From IMG/VR virus record IMGVR_UViG_3300025417_000001: 64,000 nucleotides of DNA; one strand, given 5' to 3'. The DNA comes from an uncultured virus (IMG/VR IMGVR_UViG_3300025417_000001). Taxonomy: Duplodnaviria > Heunggongvirae > Uroviricota > Caudoviricetes. Under the pieces are notes generated by a model, which was given only the letters and a program-made list of their open reading frames with translations, ran no database searches and was not told where the DNA came from. Below, in pieces: positions 6,742 to 15,758 of the stretch. Made by a program: the position numbers and the translations under genes. Each line of letters opens with the position of its first letter. The first letter of the stretch is position 1.

Positions 6742-8623
6742 ACACTATTACAATGACGACTTATCTAGGTTGGAGAACTCCCGTAACTTCGGGTCTTACC
6801 TAGATGAGGAAACGCAGACATGGGTAGAGCGCGACCACTTAGGTCGCACTCGCTCACAAGTCTTAGCCGAATACCAAGAAAACTCTAATCGCCTAAATGC
6901 TATTAGCGGTGTCTATCAACGGGCGGATAGGATTATTACGGGTGATGATATTGAAGTCGCTATCGTCAATGACCCCGACATGGAAACCCAAGCCGAAAAT
7001 GACGGCAAGGTTATCAAGTTTAACGCTAACCTTATAGAGAACTTAGACGATAACACTATCCTATCTATGCATGGCTTGAACTACCATGAACTTGCACACC
7101 TACTCTATTCTCCAAGAGCAGGGTCAGACTTAGGTAAGTATTGCAAGGATAGAAAACTCGTTCGCGCGCTTCAACTACTAGAGGAAGGTCGCGTGGAAAC
7201 TTTAATCACTAACAAGTATCCCGTTACTAAACTATTCCTAGAAGCAAGCGCAACCGACTACCTATTAAAAGGCGACTCTAATGAGTGGGGAGAGCAATTC
7301 CCTACAATTACAGGGCGCACCTATCTACCGCTAGAACTACGGCAAATGGTTGCCGATAAGTTTATCGCCAAGTATGGATTAGAAGTAGCCAATGAAGTGC
7401 ATAGTATTATCCATGAGTATCGTAAGTTGGTATTCCCTACTGAGTTTGATAAGGCTAAGAAACTCCTAGAGCGCATGGCTAGTCTAGTTGGTTACGACAT
7501 AGAGGATAACAAGCAACCTAGTTGGGGCGGTCATGGTGAGGGTAAGCCTATCCTTACTAAGGGCAGGCCTGAGGGCGCGAAAGAACAAGCGCGACTACAA
7601 GATAAAGATAAGAATAATAACAATGGTAATGAGAACCTAGAAATCCCTGCACTTAGCGTTGGTGGCGTTGATAGCGTGTATAACGGAGAGGACAAGACCG
7701 CTACCGATAAAGATAAAGAAGTTGCAGAACAATTAAACAAGCGCATGGAACAAATCAAATCCAATGACTTCGTTAAGCGCGAAGTAACAGACACGCGTAA
7801 GGCTATCCTTAATAGTGATGAAATGCGTAGTGCTATGCGAGAAGCACAGTATTACGACCAAGCACCAAGCAGTAACTCAATAGCCTTAGCGCGTAGGTTC
7901 GGCACTCAACTAGAGCGTATCGTGCGCGACCAAGACCCTTTGTGGGATAGGCACTTACCTAGTGGCAAGTTAAATATCTCGCGCACCATGAACCCTGATA
8001 TTAACTCCATAGATAAAATGTTTGATGTTTGGAATATCGGAAACGATAAGACAGATATTGAAGCGGTAATCCTAGTGGATAACTCGTCATCTATGGGTGG
8101 AAGCATGAGAACAGTATCAGAGAACGCATGGATTATTAAGCGCGGTATTGAATACATACAAGGTAGCGTTACAGTCTATTCCTTCAACCATGAGAGCAAG
8201 TTACTTTACGATAAAGCAGATAAGGCTAAGGCTAACGCCTACCGATATATGCAAGCCAATGGTTCAACTAACCCTATCCGCGCACTAATTGAAGCAGAAC
8301 GATTACTGACTACAAGTAAGAAGTCGTTAAAACTAGCCTTCATAATTACTGACGGCGAGTGGGAAAGCGAGAACGAGTGCAACTCAATTATCAAGAGCCT
8401 TAACGATAAGGGTATCGTAACCTGCGTGGTCTATATCGGACACTACAAATATATACACGAACTCATTATGAGCAGTAAGCGCGGTGATGAGGAAGCAAGC
8501 AAGCGACTACTAGGTATCCACCATAAGGCTAAAATCTTTAAGGCGGTTGCCGAAACTAAGGACACACTCAACTTAGCGACCACGCTAGTCAAGGAACTAC
8601 TAACGCCTACAAGGAGAAAGTAA
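6734..8623 (+). CDS. VWA-domain protein with N-terminal HExxH metallopeptidase-like region (CobT-like)
   Basis: HELAH motif; MIDAS DNSSSM and ITDG. Confidence 0.85.
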   Translation: MPRHYYNDDLSRLENSRNFGSYLDEETQTWVERDHLGRTRSQVLAEYQENSNRLNAISGVYQRADRIITGDDIEVAIVNDPDMETQAENDGKVIKFNANLIENLDDNTILSMHGLNYHELAHLLYSPRAGSDLGKYCKDRKLVRALQLLEEGRVETLITNKYPVTKLFLEASATDYLLKGDSNEWGEQFPTITGRTYLPLELRQMVADKFIAKYGLEVANEVHSIIHEYRKLVFPTEFDKAKKLLERMASLVGYDIEDNKQPSWGGHGEGKPILTKGRPEGAKEQARLQDKDKNNNNGNENLEIPALSVGGVDSVYNGEDKTATDKDKEVAEQLNKRMEQIKSNDFVKREVTDTRKAILNSDEMRSAMREAQYYDQAPSSNSIALARRFGTQLERIVRDQDPLWDRHLPSGKLNISRTMNPDINSIDKMFDVWNIGNDKTDIEAVILVDNSSSMGGSMRTVSENAWIIKRGIEYIQGSVTVYSFNHESKLLYDKADKAKANAYRYMQANGSTNPIRALIEAERLLTTSKKSLKLAFIITDGEWESENECNSIIKSLNDKGIVTCVVYIGHYKYIHELIMSSKRGDEEASKRLLGIHHKAKIFKAVAETKDTLNLATTLVKELLTPTRRK

Positions 8624-8797
8624 ATGGGAAAGAAATACACTATGGAACAACGCTTATATTTAGGTATCTTGAAAGAGCGTGAGTATAAAAATAAATATAA
8701 ATTAGAGAATACAATACTAAAAGCGTTCATTATCAGTAAGGGTATTGACCCTGATGTCGTAATCAAAACCGCACCAAGAAAGGTAATCAAACCATGA
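8624..8797 (+). CDS. small hypothetical protein (57 aa)
   Basis: Manually translated MGKKYTMEQRLY...; RBS aaggag; ATGA overlap with next gene. Confidence 0.6.
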   Translation: MGKKYTMEQRLYLGILKEREYKNKYKLENTILKAFIISKGIDPDVVIKTAPRKVIKP

Positions 8798-9006
8798 ACA
8801 GAATAACTAAATGGCGCGTGAAGCGTAAGATTAACCGATTAAGTGCTGAACTAACTAAGATTACTAATGAGATATTAGAAGTTAAAGAGCGCACCAAAAT
8901 CGTATCCGCAACAAACAAAACGCTATCGTGGTCAGAATATATCGCGTTGCGTGATATGCACATGGATAGGGTTATCTCAGATATTTTACGAAAGGAAAGC
9001 AAATGA
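8794..9006 (+). CDS. hypothetical protein
   Basis: ORF track; RBS gaaagg. Confidence 0.65.
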   Translation: MNRITKWRVKRKINRLSAELTKITNEILEVKERTKIVSATNKTLSWSEYIALRDMHMDRVISDILRKESK

Positions 9007-9107
9007 TATTAGCACTAGCCTTCGGTAGCCTTATCGCAGTATCACTAATGCTAGTAATAACAGACGGCGCAGATAGACGAAATGAGTATCTCCATGACGG
9101 AAAGTAA
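9003..9107 (+). CDS. small hydrophobic protein (34 aa)
   Basis: MILALAFGSLIAVSLMLVI; RBS aaagga; ATGA overlap. Confidence 0.4.
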   Translation: MILALAFGSLIAVSLMLVITDGADRRNEYLHDGK

Positions 9108-9282
9108 GCCCGTAGAAAGCGTATCTCCCGTTGATTACGCCGAACTAACCAAACGCACACTAACAGAACTACAAGGACTACTAGAGCAAGATGTCTATGA
9201 AAGTGAATATGCGCTTAATCTTATTAAGACCGCTATTGACTATCTTTACTACTTAGAGGATAACAGAAGGGTAATACTATGA
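9082..9282 (+). CDS. hypothetical protein
   Basis: ORF track; start uncertain. Confidence 0.55.
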   Translation: MSISMTESKPVESVSPVDYAELTKRTLTELQGLLEQDVYESEYALNLIKTAIDYLYYLEDNRRVIL

Positions 9283-9500
9283 GCCAGCACCACTTTCTAA
9301 TTAAATACGATACCGAAACCCTAGAGTGGGAGTGGGATATAGAAACAGAGATGTCGGTGCTACCTGAGAGTGTCTATCTACCGCAAGAGGACTTATGGGT
9401 CAAACCTAATATCAACAAACGCGTGGAAACACTAGACAATGACCTATGCGAGAGAGTAAGTTACGGACTACACTACCTAAACGAGAGAAAGGCAAAATAA
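9279..9500 (+). CDS. hypothetical protein
   Basis: ORF track; ATGA overlap. Confidence 0.65.
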   Translation: MSQHHFLIKYDTETLEWEWDIETEMSVLPESVYLPQEDLWVKPNINKRVETLDNDLCERVSYGLHYLNERKAK

Positions 9501-9968
9501 ATGGGATTAGATATGTTTCTAAAGGCAGAGAAACACGCTTCGGGATACTCGTTCTCCCCTGAGCAAGATAAAGAAATCTATAACCGCGTAGTTGATAGCG
9601 TAGGTGCAAGACCTTTCGCAGATAGAAATACGCCTAGCGTAGATGTAACAGTAGCGGTCGGCTATTGGAGAAAGGCTAATGCTATCCATGGTTGGTTCGT
9701 GAAAGAGTGCCAAGACAATGTAGATGAGTGCCAGCAGACATGGATACCGAGAGATAAGTTACGAGAGTTAAAGGACTTATGCTTAGAAGTATTGGCAGAT
9801 AAGAGTAAAGCAGAGGAACTATTACCTACTACGCAAGGGTTCTTTTTTGGCAGTAATGATTATGATGAGAGTTACTTTCAAGACCTGAAGCAGACAGTAG
9901 AGATTACGAAGAAAGTGTTAGAAGAAATCCCTGAAGGTTGGGATATTTATTACCGCAGTAGTTGGTAA
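9501..9968 (+). CDS. conserved phage protein of unknown function (MGLDM...YWRKANAIH family)
   Basis: Recognisable MGLDMFL, YWRKANAIHGWF, GFFFG, YYRSSW motifs. Confidence 0.75.
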   Translation: MGLDMFLKAEKHASGYSFSPEQDKEIYNRVVDSVGARPFADRNTPSVDVTVAVGYWRKANAIHGWFVKECQDNVDECQQTWIPRDKLRELKDLCLEVLADKSKAEELLPTTQGFFFGSNDYDESYFQDLKQTVEITKKVLEEIPEGWDIYYRSSW

Positions 9969-9996
9969 TCAAATAGGAAATACAATTAAATAGAAT

Positions 9997-10123
9997 TAGA
10001 TAACCCTAGCGTGGTTGGTCAGACCTCAAAAACACTATCGTTGAAGCCCGTTATAGTTTAACTACTATACTTGCCTATACTGTCTGTTAGTAGCGTATCG
10101 CAGTATGCGCTAGGAGTTATCTA
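9997..10123 (+). ncRNA. putative structured RNA unit 1
   Basis: Closing helix tagataac-cctagcgtg-GTTG / CAGT-A-tgcgctagg-A-gttatcta. Confidence 0.55.
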
Positions 10124-10132
10124 GTAAAACAA

Positions 10133-10301
10133 TTAAATAGTGATTAGTTAATGAGTTGGACATAGGCAGACACCCCTTGAACAGTAGGCGTACCGCGTTG
10201 CAGTAAGGAAGGATTATTCCTAAATGCGGTCTAGTAGATAATCCCTTTTTAAGAAAGGACTAAATATGATTCTCAGTATCATTACGAGAATTACTATTTA
10301 A
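10133..10301 (+). ncRNA. putative structured RNA unit 2
   Basis: Closing helix ttaaatagtgatt...taatga-GTTG / CAGT-A-tcatta...aattactatttaa. Confidence 0.55.
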
Positions 10302-10308
10302 CAGATGT

Positions 10309-10408
10309 GGTAGCCTAGCCGAGTTGCGAGTAGATAACCTGCCGTATATACCCGTGGCACAGACGCTAACTTAGTTAGTGGTTGAAAGCAGTATCGGCTA
10401 GGATTACC
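10309..10408 (+). ncRNA. putative structured RNA unit 3
   Basis: Closing helix ggtag-cctagccga-GTTGC / GCAGT-A-tcggctagg-A-ttacc. Confidence 0.55.
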
Positions 10409-10433
10409 CAAACCTACAAAAGAAAGAAAGCAA

Positions 10434-10604
10434 ATGAAAACATATACGATAACCCTAGAAGTAGATGAACAATGGTTAGAAGCAATTAGAAATTTTACTA
10501 ATGATGTCTATGACGGCGAAGTGTGTAATTGGCTTAGCCTAGATGAAACTAGTAGAATAGTTAGGGTAGCAAGCGACGGCTCACTATTTTTAGGAGATGA
10601 TTAA
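10434..10604 (+). CDS. small hypothetical protein (56 aa)
   Basis: Manually translated MKTYTITLEVDEQWL... Confidence 0.55.
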   Translation: MKTYTITLEVDEQWLEAIRNFTNDVYDGEVCNWLSLDETSRIVRVASDGSLFLGDD

Positions 10605-10627
10605 CATGAACAGGAAAGGAACAAAAA

Positions 10628-10831
10628 ATGAGCATATCTAAATACTGCAAATTATGTGATATAACAGTAGGGGCGGATACAGAGGAAGCCCTTGAAACCG
10701 CATTACAGAACCATAAGGCTAGTTCAATGCACTCTAAAAACAAAGAGAGTAAAGAGAGCAAGAAGCAAGAGAGAGCGGAAAAAGAAAAAGAGAAACTTAT
10801 CCGCAAGTATTACCCTAATCTATTAGACTAA
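10628..10831 (+). CDS. small putative Zn-finger protein
   Basis: CKLC...H...H; RBS aaagga. Confidence 0.6.
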   Translation: MSISKYCKLCDITVGADTEEALETALQNHKASSMHSKNKESKESKKQERAEKEKEKLIRKYYPNLLD

Positions 10832-10856
10832 AACCAACACAAACAAAGGAAACAAT

Positions 10857-11147
10857 ATGGCTAAGAAAGTAGCACAAAACATAAAGGTAACCCTAGAAAA
10901 GAACACTCTCGTTGAAAAGGGTGGCGCGTGGTTACTAGAAGTTACGATTACGCAAGACGGGTTGGCTAACCCTACCTATGACGCAACAACCGCGTGGGCT
11001 AATGCTTCCGCAGCAAAGCGTTGGGTTAAGAAGGTCGTAGTTGAAAATACTCCACGCAAGAGCATTAAACTAATAGTAAGTAAGAGCGATTCTAATAATA
11101 AACCACTTGCCCTAGTTGGCGAGATGACCTACAAGGTAGATGCATGA
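10857..11147 (+). CDS. hypothetical protein
   Basis: ORF track; RBS aaagga. Confidence 0.7.
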   Translation: MAKKVAQNIKVTLEKNTLVEKGGAWLLEVTITQDGLANPTYDATTAWANASAAKRWVKKVVVENTPRKSIKLIVSKSDSNNKPLALVGEMTYKVDA

Positions 11148-11275
11148 TGGGTATTCCTGACTGGCATGTAACAGATGAACCACAATGGGAACATGAGAAC
11201 CCCGACTTCACGCCTTATGAAGATGATGAAGATGATGAAGAAGATGAAGAAGATGAAGAAGAGAGTGATGAGTAA
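11144..11275 (+). CDS. small acidic protein (43 aa)
   Basis: MMGIPDWHVTDEPQWEH...EDDEDDEEDEEDEEESDE; ATGA overlap. Confidence 0.55.
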   Translation: MMGIPDWHVTDEPQWEHENPDFTPYEDDEDDEEDEEDEEESDE

Positions 11276-11465
11276 GCAAGAGAGATTAAAAGAGAGAGAG
11301 AACACTAACTATCTAACTACAGATGAGTTCGTAGAGAGATATGCTGGTGCGTTAAGAGATTACTTGGGTAAGACTATTGGAAAAGAGAGTAATCACATAA
11401 CCGATCTATCTGCACATACTTGCGCTTTTTCAGAAGCGTTCTACAGCATTACTATTGGATTTTAA
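11268..11465 (+). CDS. hypothetical protein
   Basis: Start at MSKQERL; the M/K-rich extension in the ORF track is the acidic ORF read off-frame. Confidence 0.55.
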   Translation: MSKQERLKERENTNYLTTDEFVERYAGALRDYLGKTIGKESNHITDLSAHTCAFSEAFYSITIGF

Positions 11466-11577
11466 TGCGAGTAAAAGAGAGTTAAAGAGTTCTGCCTTTC
11501 TTCACTCTAAGAGCGGTCATGACTGATTTCTTATTATTCATGGGTAAGAGATTACGAGCCGTATCTGCTCTCTAATA

Positions 11578-11626
11578 CTAAAGAGCCCCCTAGCACTTCT
11601 ACTAGGGGGCTCTACTATTTATATTT
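11578..11626. terminator. terminator between convergent transcription blocks
   Basis: agagccccctag/ctagggggctct 12-bp stem. Confidence 0.8.
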
Positions 11627-11628
11627 GA

Positions 11629-13650
11629 TTATGGTTTTGGCACTTCGCAGAAGTCAGTTGAGCAATACTTTTCTCCGATAGCATCGGCGGCCATACCTGC
11701 ATAGACATCAGTAAAGTCAATAGGCAATAGTTTATATTTATATTCCTCGTATTGTTCTTTTGTTATTTGAGTATATGGCATTTGCGGGTAAGTCTCGTTC
11801 CCCATAGGTAAGAAGGAAACGGTTTTGAGTTGCCCGTCAAACATGTGTAGCACCGTGCCAACATCATTCTTTTCATTTGGTTGGAAAGAGACTGTCACGG
11901 AAACTGAGTTGTCTGACCAATGGCGTTGAGCCATGGCAGCAAGAGAAGTCTTTTCAAATATAGAAACATCTTTCTCCGAACGGAGAGCCATGGATTCTAT
12001 TGGGAAGAAGACCACCGAAGTCGTGTTAGGAGATTCGGAAGCTGGTTCTACTGTGTAACCTGATGCTTGGAAGAGAGGCAACATAGGGTCATCATTACCA
12101 AATCTAATAGCACGAAGGAAGAATTGACCACCTGGAGTCCAATGCACCCCTGGAGATTCACCTGCCAAGATAGAGACAGTTCCACTAGGCTTAACAGTTG
12201 TTGTCTTAATAGATTCGCGGATACCTAGCCACTCTGAGTAAGTCTTATCGTAAGAGATAATCTTTTCGTATCCCTTATCCATCCACTCCCGCAATGCTGG
12301 TAGTCCAACGCGGTCAGCAAAGTTCGCAATACCTGAGATAGAAGTTCCAATACGGCGGTTGCGTTGCATAATTGCATTTGTTTCTTCCCAATGTGTAGGA
12401 AGAAGAGTTACAGTCTTAGCGTAGAGATAAGCAAACTTAAGGGTGCGCTTGAAGTCTTCAAGAGAGTCGTGGCGATTCAAGTAAGTTTCTACCAAAGTAC
12501 AGCACTCGTAAGATTCAAGAGACTGCTCGGCGCAAGGGTTGTAGCCTTGTGCTCTCCAATCCTTGTTGTTAGGAGCGTCAATTAGACGACCATACTTACG
12601 GGTTACATCCATCCAAATAACTCCTGGCTCGCCGTTCAAAGCAATGCCGTCAATGATTCCTGAGAAGTCTGAGCCAACAGATACTTCAACAGAGTTGTTA
12701 GACATCCAAGCCCAACCTGGATTCTCTGGGTCATAAGAGTTACGCTCTGGATAGACAGAAGGATTCTTCAGATTTAAGAAGTCTTTGTCGTCTAGGCGAC
12801 CCATTAAAAGTTCAGCCGAGCGGCGAACATTGCCCGATACTACACAGACTCCTATTAGATTACCTATATCTGCTATGTCCTTACGGGTAAGTTTATCCCC
12901 CGCGCGGTTTTTAAATATAGATTCCGAAATATAGTTATGTAACTTGATTAGCGGTTCTGGTCCTGCGGCAGTTCCCCCAAAGGTTTTAATCGGAGCGCCT
13001 GATGGTCGGATTTGAGTGTAGTCAAATACAGGCTTCTTCGTATCTGGCTTAAGGTAGGCATTGATGAGGGCGGCAGTTGATTCAACCCATCCTTCTCTGG
13101 TGTCTGGGATTGCATAAGTGTCTCCTTCTTGAGGGTCATAGATAGTAAAGTCTTTATCCGCGCCTTTGTCGTCAAAGCCAACACCAACACCTAGCATTGA
13201 CGCTTCCATGAGGAAGGCAAAAGGCTTAGCAGGGTTAATCTTGGTCATTGATTCAGTAGAAACGAAAGAACAGTTTTGTAGGGCAGCAGAGTTGCGTTGT
13301 TCATTGACAAGCGGGGTGCCCATAACCCATAGTCCGCGCCCTGGCGGAGTCCATTTCAGATTAAACAAGCGGTCATAGGCTTCCTTAGCAGAGGCCTGAG
13401 CTTTGGAGTCGTTCCAAGGCAGACGACTAGACTTGCAATGGTCTTTTTGTAGCGAGTACATGCCGTTGATTACACGCTCGCATACCTCGGCCCAAGTCTC
13501 CTTAGTTCCATCTTCTTTCAAACGGGAGTATGTTCGTAGGAAGGTAATTTCTCCTACCGCGTTACCGCCTGCATCCATATAGCCCCAAGGTACTTTCTTC
13601 TCCTTGTAGCCTGATACGAAGTCATCCGCTAGACGAAACGACAATGCCAT
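11629..13650 (-). CDS. nrdJ: class II (B12-dependent) ribonucleoside-triphosphate reductase
   Basis: PPGRG, NPCAEQ, TTVKPSGT, C-terminal CSTDFC. Confidence 0.95.
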   Translation of the reverse strand: MALSFRLADDFVSGYKEKKVPWGYMDAGGNAVGEITFLRTYSRLKEDGTKETWAEVCERVINGMYSLQKDHCKSSRLPWNDSKAQASAKEAYDRLFNLKWTPPGRGLWVMGTPLVNEQRNSAALQNCSFVSTESMTKINPAKPFAFLMEASMLGVGVGFDDKGADKDFTIYDPQEGDTYAIPDTREGWVESTAALINAYLKPDTKKPVFDYTQIRPSGAPIKTFGGTAAGPEPLIKLHNYISESIFKNRAGDKLTRKDIADIGNLIGVCVVSGNVRRSAELLMGRLDDKDFLNLKNPSVYPERNSYDPENPGWAWMSNNSVEVSVGSDFSGIIDGIALNGEPGVIWMDVTRKYGRLIDAPNNKDWRAQGYNPCAEQSLESYECCTLVETYLNRHDSLEDFKRTLKFAYLYAKTVTLLPTHWEETNAIMQRNRRIGTSISGIANFADRVGLPALREWMDKGYEKIISYDKTYSEWLGIRESIKTTTVKPSGTVSILAGESPGVHWTPGGQFFLRAIRFGNDDPMLPLFQASGYTVEPASESPNTTSVVFFPIESMALRSEKDVSIFEKTSLAAMAQRHWSDNSVSVTVSFQPNEKNDVGTVLHMFDGQLKTVSFLPMGNETYPQMPYTQITKEQYEEYKYKLLPIDFTDVYAGMAADAIGEKYCSTDFCEVPKP

Positions 13651-13749
13651 ACTTACCCCGTTCTGTAGTTGAGTTACTTAGTTTATGATTCAAATTGCCT
13701 GAGTTCAGCGGGAAGGTAGTTCCCACCTTATGCTAGAGCCTCTTATATA

Positions 13750-15189
13750 TTAAGAGCCTTCGGTCAAATCCTTAATAATCTTGGTGGTTTGCACCTCATT
13801 TATCCCCTCATTAGGCAGTTCCTTTAGGACATTTGCCTTGTCTCCGAAGATAGAAGATAGCACACCTGCAGAGCCTTGTCGCTCCACGGTCATGCGAATA
13901 AACTCACGTGAGTCGTCCAGTTCTTTAGTGGTTTTAATCAACTTGAACAGTCGGTCAATCTCTTGGCTAAGGTTAGGATCAGAGTATCCACCACCCTGCA
14001 TTTCTTCAGCAAAACGCATAAAAGCGACTCTTTGACCCTGCATTTCTATTACAGAATTGATGAGCGCCTTGAGTTGATCTTTGGTTTTAATCTCAATAGG
14101 TAACTTAAAAGCACAGGTAGAAGCGGGCTTAAACGCAGGACAATTCGCAGCAACATAACAGGTATCACATACCCTTAGGCTAGTCGCTTGAGACTGCACA
14201 ACAGTAACATCTTTGATGGTTCCATCGTCTTCTACAACCGTGTCCATGTCGTATCCGAAGACGGGTAAGTTGCCCATTTCTTCAGGATTTCTTGGCTCAA
14301 TTTTCCGCACCTGAGGGGGTCTCTTATCAATATCAGAGGGGGTACTTTCCGCCAAAGGTTCTACATCCATATCACCGTTGTTAATATATAAGAAGTCGTC
14401 ATTCACGCCATTTAACCTCGCTTCGTATTGTTGATATGCCCATACTGCAAGGCGGCAAACTTCCTTTGGGTCATCTTCTAAAATCAAATCCGTATCCACT
14501 CCCGCGGCCTTATACACATTACGGTAGCGCGCACGGGCTTGGTCTTTCATCCTCTTGGGGTAGCGTACCAGTTTAGTGCCATCCCAAACGATAGTCTCGC
14601 CGTTCATCATAGGCGCTAACCACGACATAGTGCTTGTACTCTCAGCGGGAACTGAGCGTAGGTTGTCGGGTCTAGCAGAACCTAGGATATGAAACCTAGT
14701 GCCAGAGCGAGCTAGATTGCGAGCTACAGCTGAGAGCTGCGTCTCATCTTCTAATGCGTCTCCAGGCAAACCTATATCTAAATAGCGTTCGGCTAGGCTA
14801 TTTAAACCTTTAAATCCAGTCTTGGGTTTCCAGATAGGTAGGAACTTACCTGGTGGAACCTCGGCCCAACATGTCTTCCTCTGGTTCTCTACGAACTCTT
14901 GGTCATCTACATCTATCTCGCTGAAGGTTGTCAGGCGGCTCATATTCTCCGCAACAAACATCTCGTACATCTCGCTGAACTCGCCTAGGTCAAGGTCATG
15001 AATCTCTGGCAGCCCTGGATGCACATGAATCTGGAAGTGGTCATCAAAGTGGTTTTCTAATAGATAACCTTTTTTAGGCAACCCGCGGCGCAATAGGCGA
15101 TAGAAACTGAATCCCACATTTTGGGCCCCTGTAGTTTCTAATAAAGTACGGTTGCTTGGGACCTCTGCACCCAAAAAGATAATCTTCAT
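13750..15189 (-). CDS. TGT/DpdA-like protein with C-terminal Cys cluster
   Basis: FHILG...PAESTSTMSWL resembles the DpdA/TGT HxLG...SxDSSSW region; CDTC-x4-C-x8-C. Confidence 0.5.
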   Translation of the reverse strand: MKIIFLGAEVPSNRTLLETTGAQNVGFSFYRLLRRGLPKKGYLLENHFDDHFQIHVHPGLPEIHDLDLGEFSEMYEMFVAENMSRLTTFSEIDVDDQEFVENQRKTCWAEVPPGKFLPIWKPKTGFKGLNSLAERYLDIGLPGDALEDETQLSAVARNLARSGTRFHILGSARPDNLRSVPAESTSTMSWLAPMMNGETIVWDGTKLVRYPKRMKDQARARYRNVYKAAGVDTDLILEDDPKEVCRLAVWAYQQYEARLNGVNDDFLYINNGDMDVEPLAESTPSDIDKRPPQVRKIEPRNPEEMGNLPVFGYDMDTVVEDDGTIKDVTVVQSQATSLRVCDTCYVAANCPAFKPASTCAFKLPIEIKTKDQLKALINSVIEMQGQRVAFMRFAEEMQGGGYSDPNLSQEIDRLFKLIKTTKELDDSREFIRMTVERQGSAGVLSSIFGDKANVLKELPNEGINEVQTTKIIKDLTEGS

Positions 15190-15644
15190 TGAATCCGTGA
15201 ATCTTCTATGATGGCTTCTTGTTGGTAGGAAATCTCATCTGCTATCTGTTGCCACGGCTTAACACCCTGACGGCTATCTGGTCTGAACTTCTCTGTTATA
15301 TAAAGTGGATGTAAAAACATTAGGGTAGTGATACCTGCATTTAATAGTTTAGTTGCTAACTCTGGGTCTGCGGTTACAACCATATCAAGTTGCCATTGGC
15401 CGCGGCAATACTCTACCTGTCGCCATGATGGGTCTTCTGTTGCAGAAGGCAGGTTAGGGTCAATCAAATCATCTAATAAATTAATCTTGTTCTCGCGTAA
15501 CCAACGCTCATCTCTTGCTTTGTTGTTACATAGAATTAAAACGCGACCTTTTTCTTTCAAGGTGCGGTAAAGGGATATACCTTGTGGGATAGGTGCGTTC
15601 TGTTGGTTGCGCAATACACTATCAATAAACATTAAAGTTGCCAC
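15186..15644 (-). CDS. HAD-fold protein (degenerate)
   Basis: LMFIDSVL motif-I-like; VVTADP. Confidence 0.5.
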   Translation of the reverse strand: MATLMFIDSVLRNQQNAPIPQGISLYRTLKEKGRVLILCNNKARDERWLRENKINLLDDLIDPNLPSATEDPSWRQVEYCRGQWQLDMVVTADPELATKLLNAGITTLMFLHPLYITEKFRPDSRQGVKPWQQIADEISYQQEAIIEDSRIQ

Positions 15645-15671
15645 GATATTAATTCTCCAGATATCTAGTTG

Positions 15672-15758
15672 TTAAATAATACTTACTTCAGCCTCATCAA
15701 TTCCCGCTTCGGCATCATAGGAGTGTTCTACTCCGCATCTACCGCAATTCTTACACAT
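15672..15758 (-). CDS. small Cys-containing protein (28 aa)
   Basis: MCKNCGRCGVEHSYD... fills the gap between NTase and HAD genes. Confidence 0.4.
   Translation of the reverse strand: MCKNCGRCGVEHSYDAEAGIDEAEVSII

Noticed and set aside
9982..10408. tRNA, tmRNA or hammerhead ribozyme
   Set aside because: No T-loop GTTC or CCA cloverleaf, no tmRNA ends, no CUGANGA core.
11175..11267. M/K-rich N-terminus of ORF 11175-11465
   Set aside because: Off-frame reading of the GAAGAT repeats that encode the acidic 11144-11275 peptide.
13651..13749. Cobalamin riboswitch upstream of nrdJ
   Set aside because: Only a short GGGAA/TTCCC hairpin; too short and lacks the B12-box.
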